Shown here: positions 23,702-24,769 of the stretch, one piece after another
Position numbering within the stretch: the first letter of the stretch is position 1
How the letters are laid out: the number at the start of each line of letters is the position of its first letter
Source of the DNA: a virus
Lineage: Duplodnaviria; Caudoviricetes
Reading direction: 5' to 3' (one strand)
DNA length: 24,769 bases
Virus record (IMG/VR): IMGVR_UViG_3300025288_000108
Coordinates: 1 to 24,769 of that record
Notes under the pieces: generated by a model
Seen by the model: only the letters and a program-made list of their open reading frames with translations
Told to the model about the DNA's origin: nothing
The model's database searches: none
Made by a program: the position numbers and the translations under genes

Positions 23702-24769
23702 TACTCTTGCAGCGTCTTCTGGCAGACATTGCACTGGAACGCCGTACTGAGTTCTTGGTCTTCAATGACGTCGATACCATCTTTGTACCCAAGCTTGGTA
23801 GTGATTATCTTGATGCTCTCCTCTCGGCCCAAGTCTTGCCCGCAGTACGGGCAGAAGTTGATCTCAAGAGAAGGACCCTTTACCTTCTTAGGAGGATTGT
23901 CCTTTGTGAACTTTACAGTCTCAGGGGTTAAGTACGGGATCCGAGGCGGATCCACATTCTGAACAACGGAGGCCAGGATAAGGGGTGTCTCTTTGGGTGT
24001 GGGGCTTTCGGGCCTTCCACCGAGATCCACCGCTCGTCTCGCAAGCTCCATCTTGTACGTGGCAGTGCAGGGTTGGCACCTGCCGTACTTCGCGTTGAAA
24101 TGTTTGACCGAGCCCGCCGGCTTTTTACAGCTTTCACAGTGAAGGCCCGTGAGATCTATTTTCTTTCTCGCCATTTTTTCCTCCTTTTTTAGTTTTGCAT
24201 ATTCTTTATTAACACAGGATTGGCACCTGCCCTGTTTTTGGTTGAAGCGGTTGGTCTTCGCCGGTCTTCTGCATTCTGAACAACAGAGGCCGGTCAGGTC
24301 GGCTTTCTTTATCCCGCTCTTGCGTCTTTTCATCTCCAAGCCCTGCGACAGCATTCTTAGTTTCCTAAGCGCCTTCGCTTCTACCTGCTGCGCCCCTTGC
24401 TTCGACATGTCAAGCAAAGCCCCGACTTCTTCGAACGTCCTCGCCCCTTTACCGTCAAGCCCGAACCTCAAGGTTATGACCAGGCGCTCTTTCTCTTTAA
24501 GCTTGTCCAGCCACCCTTCCAGTTTTCTGTTATCTTGGGCTTCTCCCACTACGTCCGGGGGCGTGGGGCCCGTATCTTCGAGCACGTCAAGGAACGAGGC
24601 GTCACTGTCATCTCCTATGTTGTTATTGAGCGAGAGGCTATGTGGGTGGATTTCAAGTAGCTTCTTGACTTGCCTGTCAGTCAACCCGGACCTTTCGGAG
24701 AGATCCTCGGTGGTAGGTTCTTCTTCACGTCCTTCTGTCTCGAGCCGGGCTTTGTGTAGCTTATTGAGG
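23701..24769 (-). CDS. Sigma70-family (RpoD/RpoS-like) sigma factor with C-terminal Cys-rich extension (partial, start beyond the right edge)
   Basis: Frame is open to the edge: LNKLHKARLETEGREEEPTTEDLSERSGL (region 3), SLSLNNNIGDDSDASFLDVLED (3.2), LKEKERLVITLRFGLDGKGARTFEEVGALLDMSKQGAQQVEAKALRKLR (region 4). Confidence 0.88.
   Translation of the reverse strand, partial: LNKLHKARLETEGREEEPTTEDLSERSGLTDRQVKKLLEIHPHSLSLNNNIGDDSDASFLDVLEDTGPTPPDVVGEAQDNRKLEGWLDKLKEKERLVITLRFGLDGKGARTFEEVGALLDMSKQGAQQVEAKALRKLRMLSQGLEMKRRKSGIKKADLTGLCCSECRRPAKTNRFNQKQGRCQSCVNKEYAKLKKEEKMARKKIDLTGLHCESCKKPAGSVKHFNAKYGRCQPCTATYKMELARRAVDLGGRPESPTPKETPLILASVVQNVDPPRIPYLTPETVKFTKDNPPKKVKGPSLEINFCPYCGQDLGREESIKIITTKLGYKDGIDVIEDQELSTAFQCNVCQKTLQE

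Noticed and set aside
418-24660. The many plus-strand ORFs in the track
   Set aside because: They overlap well-supported minus-strand genes, and I found no convincing RBS or motif in them.

Overview
A segment of a tailed dsDNA phage or prophage genome; essentially all real genes are on the minus strand and read right to left. In transcription order: a sigma70-family factor with duplicated Cys-rich extensions (cut by the window edge), a DUF968/HNH-like gene, an in-frame ThyX/DUF5664-like chimera, a 'FETNSSS' protein plus radical SAM enzyme, a strong promoter with a structured leader, RusA, a stand-alone RAMP/Cas7-like gene followed directly by a 20-unit NN-GGY pentamer array (best candidate for an RNA-guided system), an SLT-like muralytic protein, a Cas4-like exonuclease and Gp3-like protein, a replication initiator with 11-bp-period iterons, a loader-like gene, an omegaRNA plus truncated IscB coupled to DnaB, small accessory ORFs (Lar-like), an intein-containing terminase with an HTH-bearing N-terminal extension, portal, S49 protease with nested scaffold, head decoration protein and a lambda gpE-like major capsid protein (cut by the window edge). 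All family calls come from motif recognition by eye; no searches were run.
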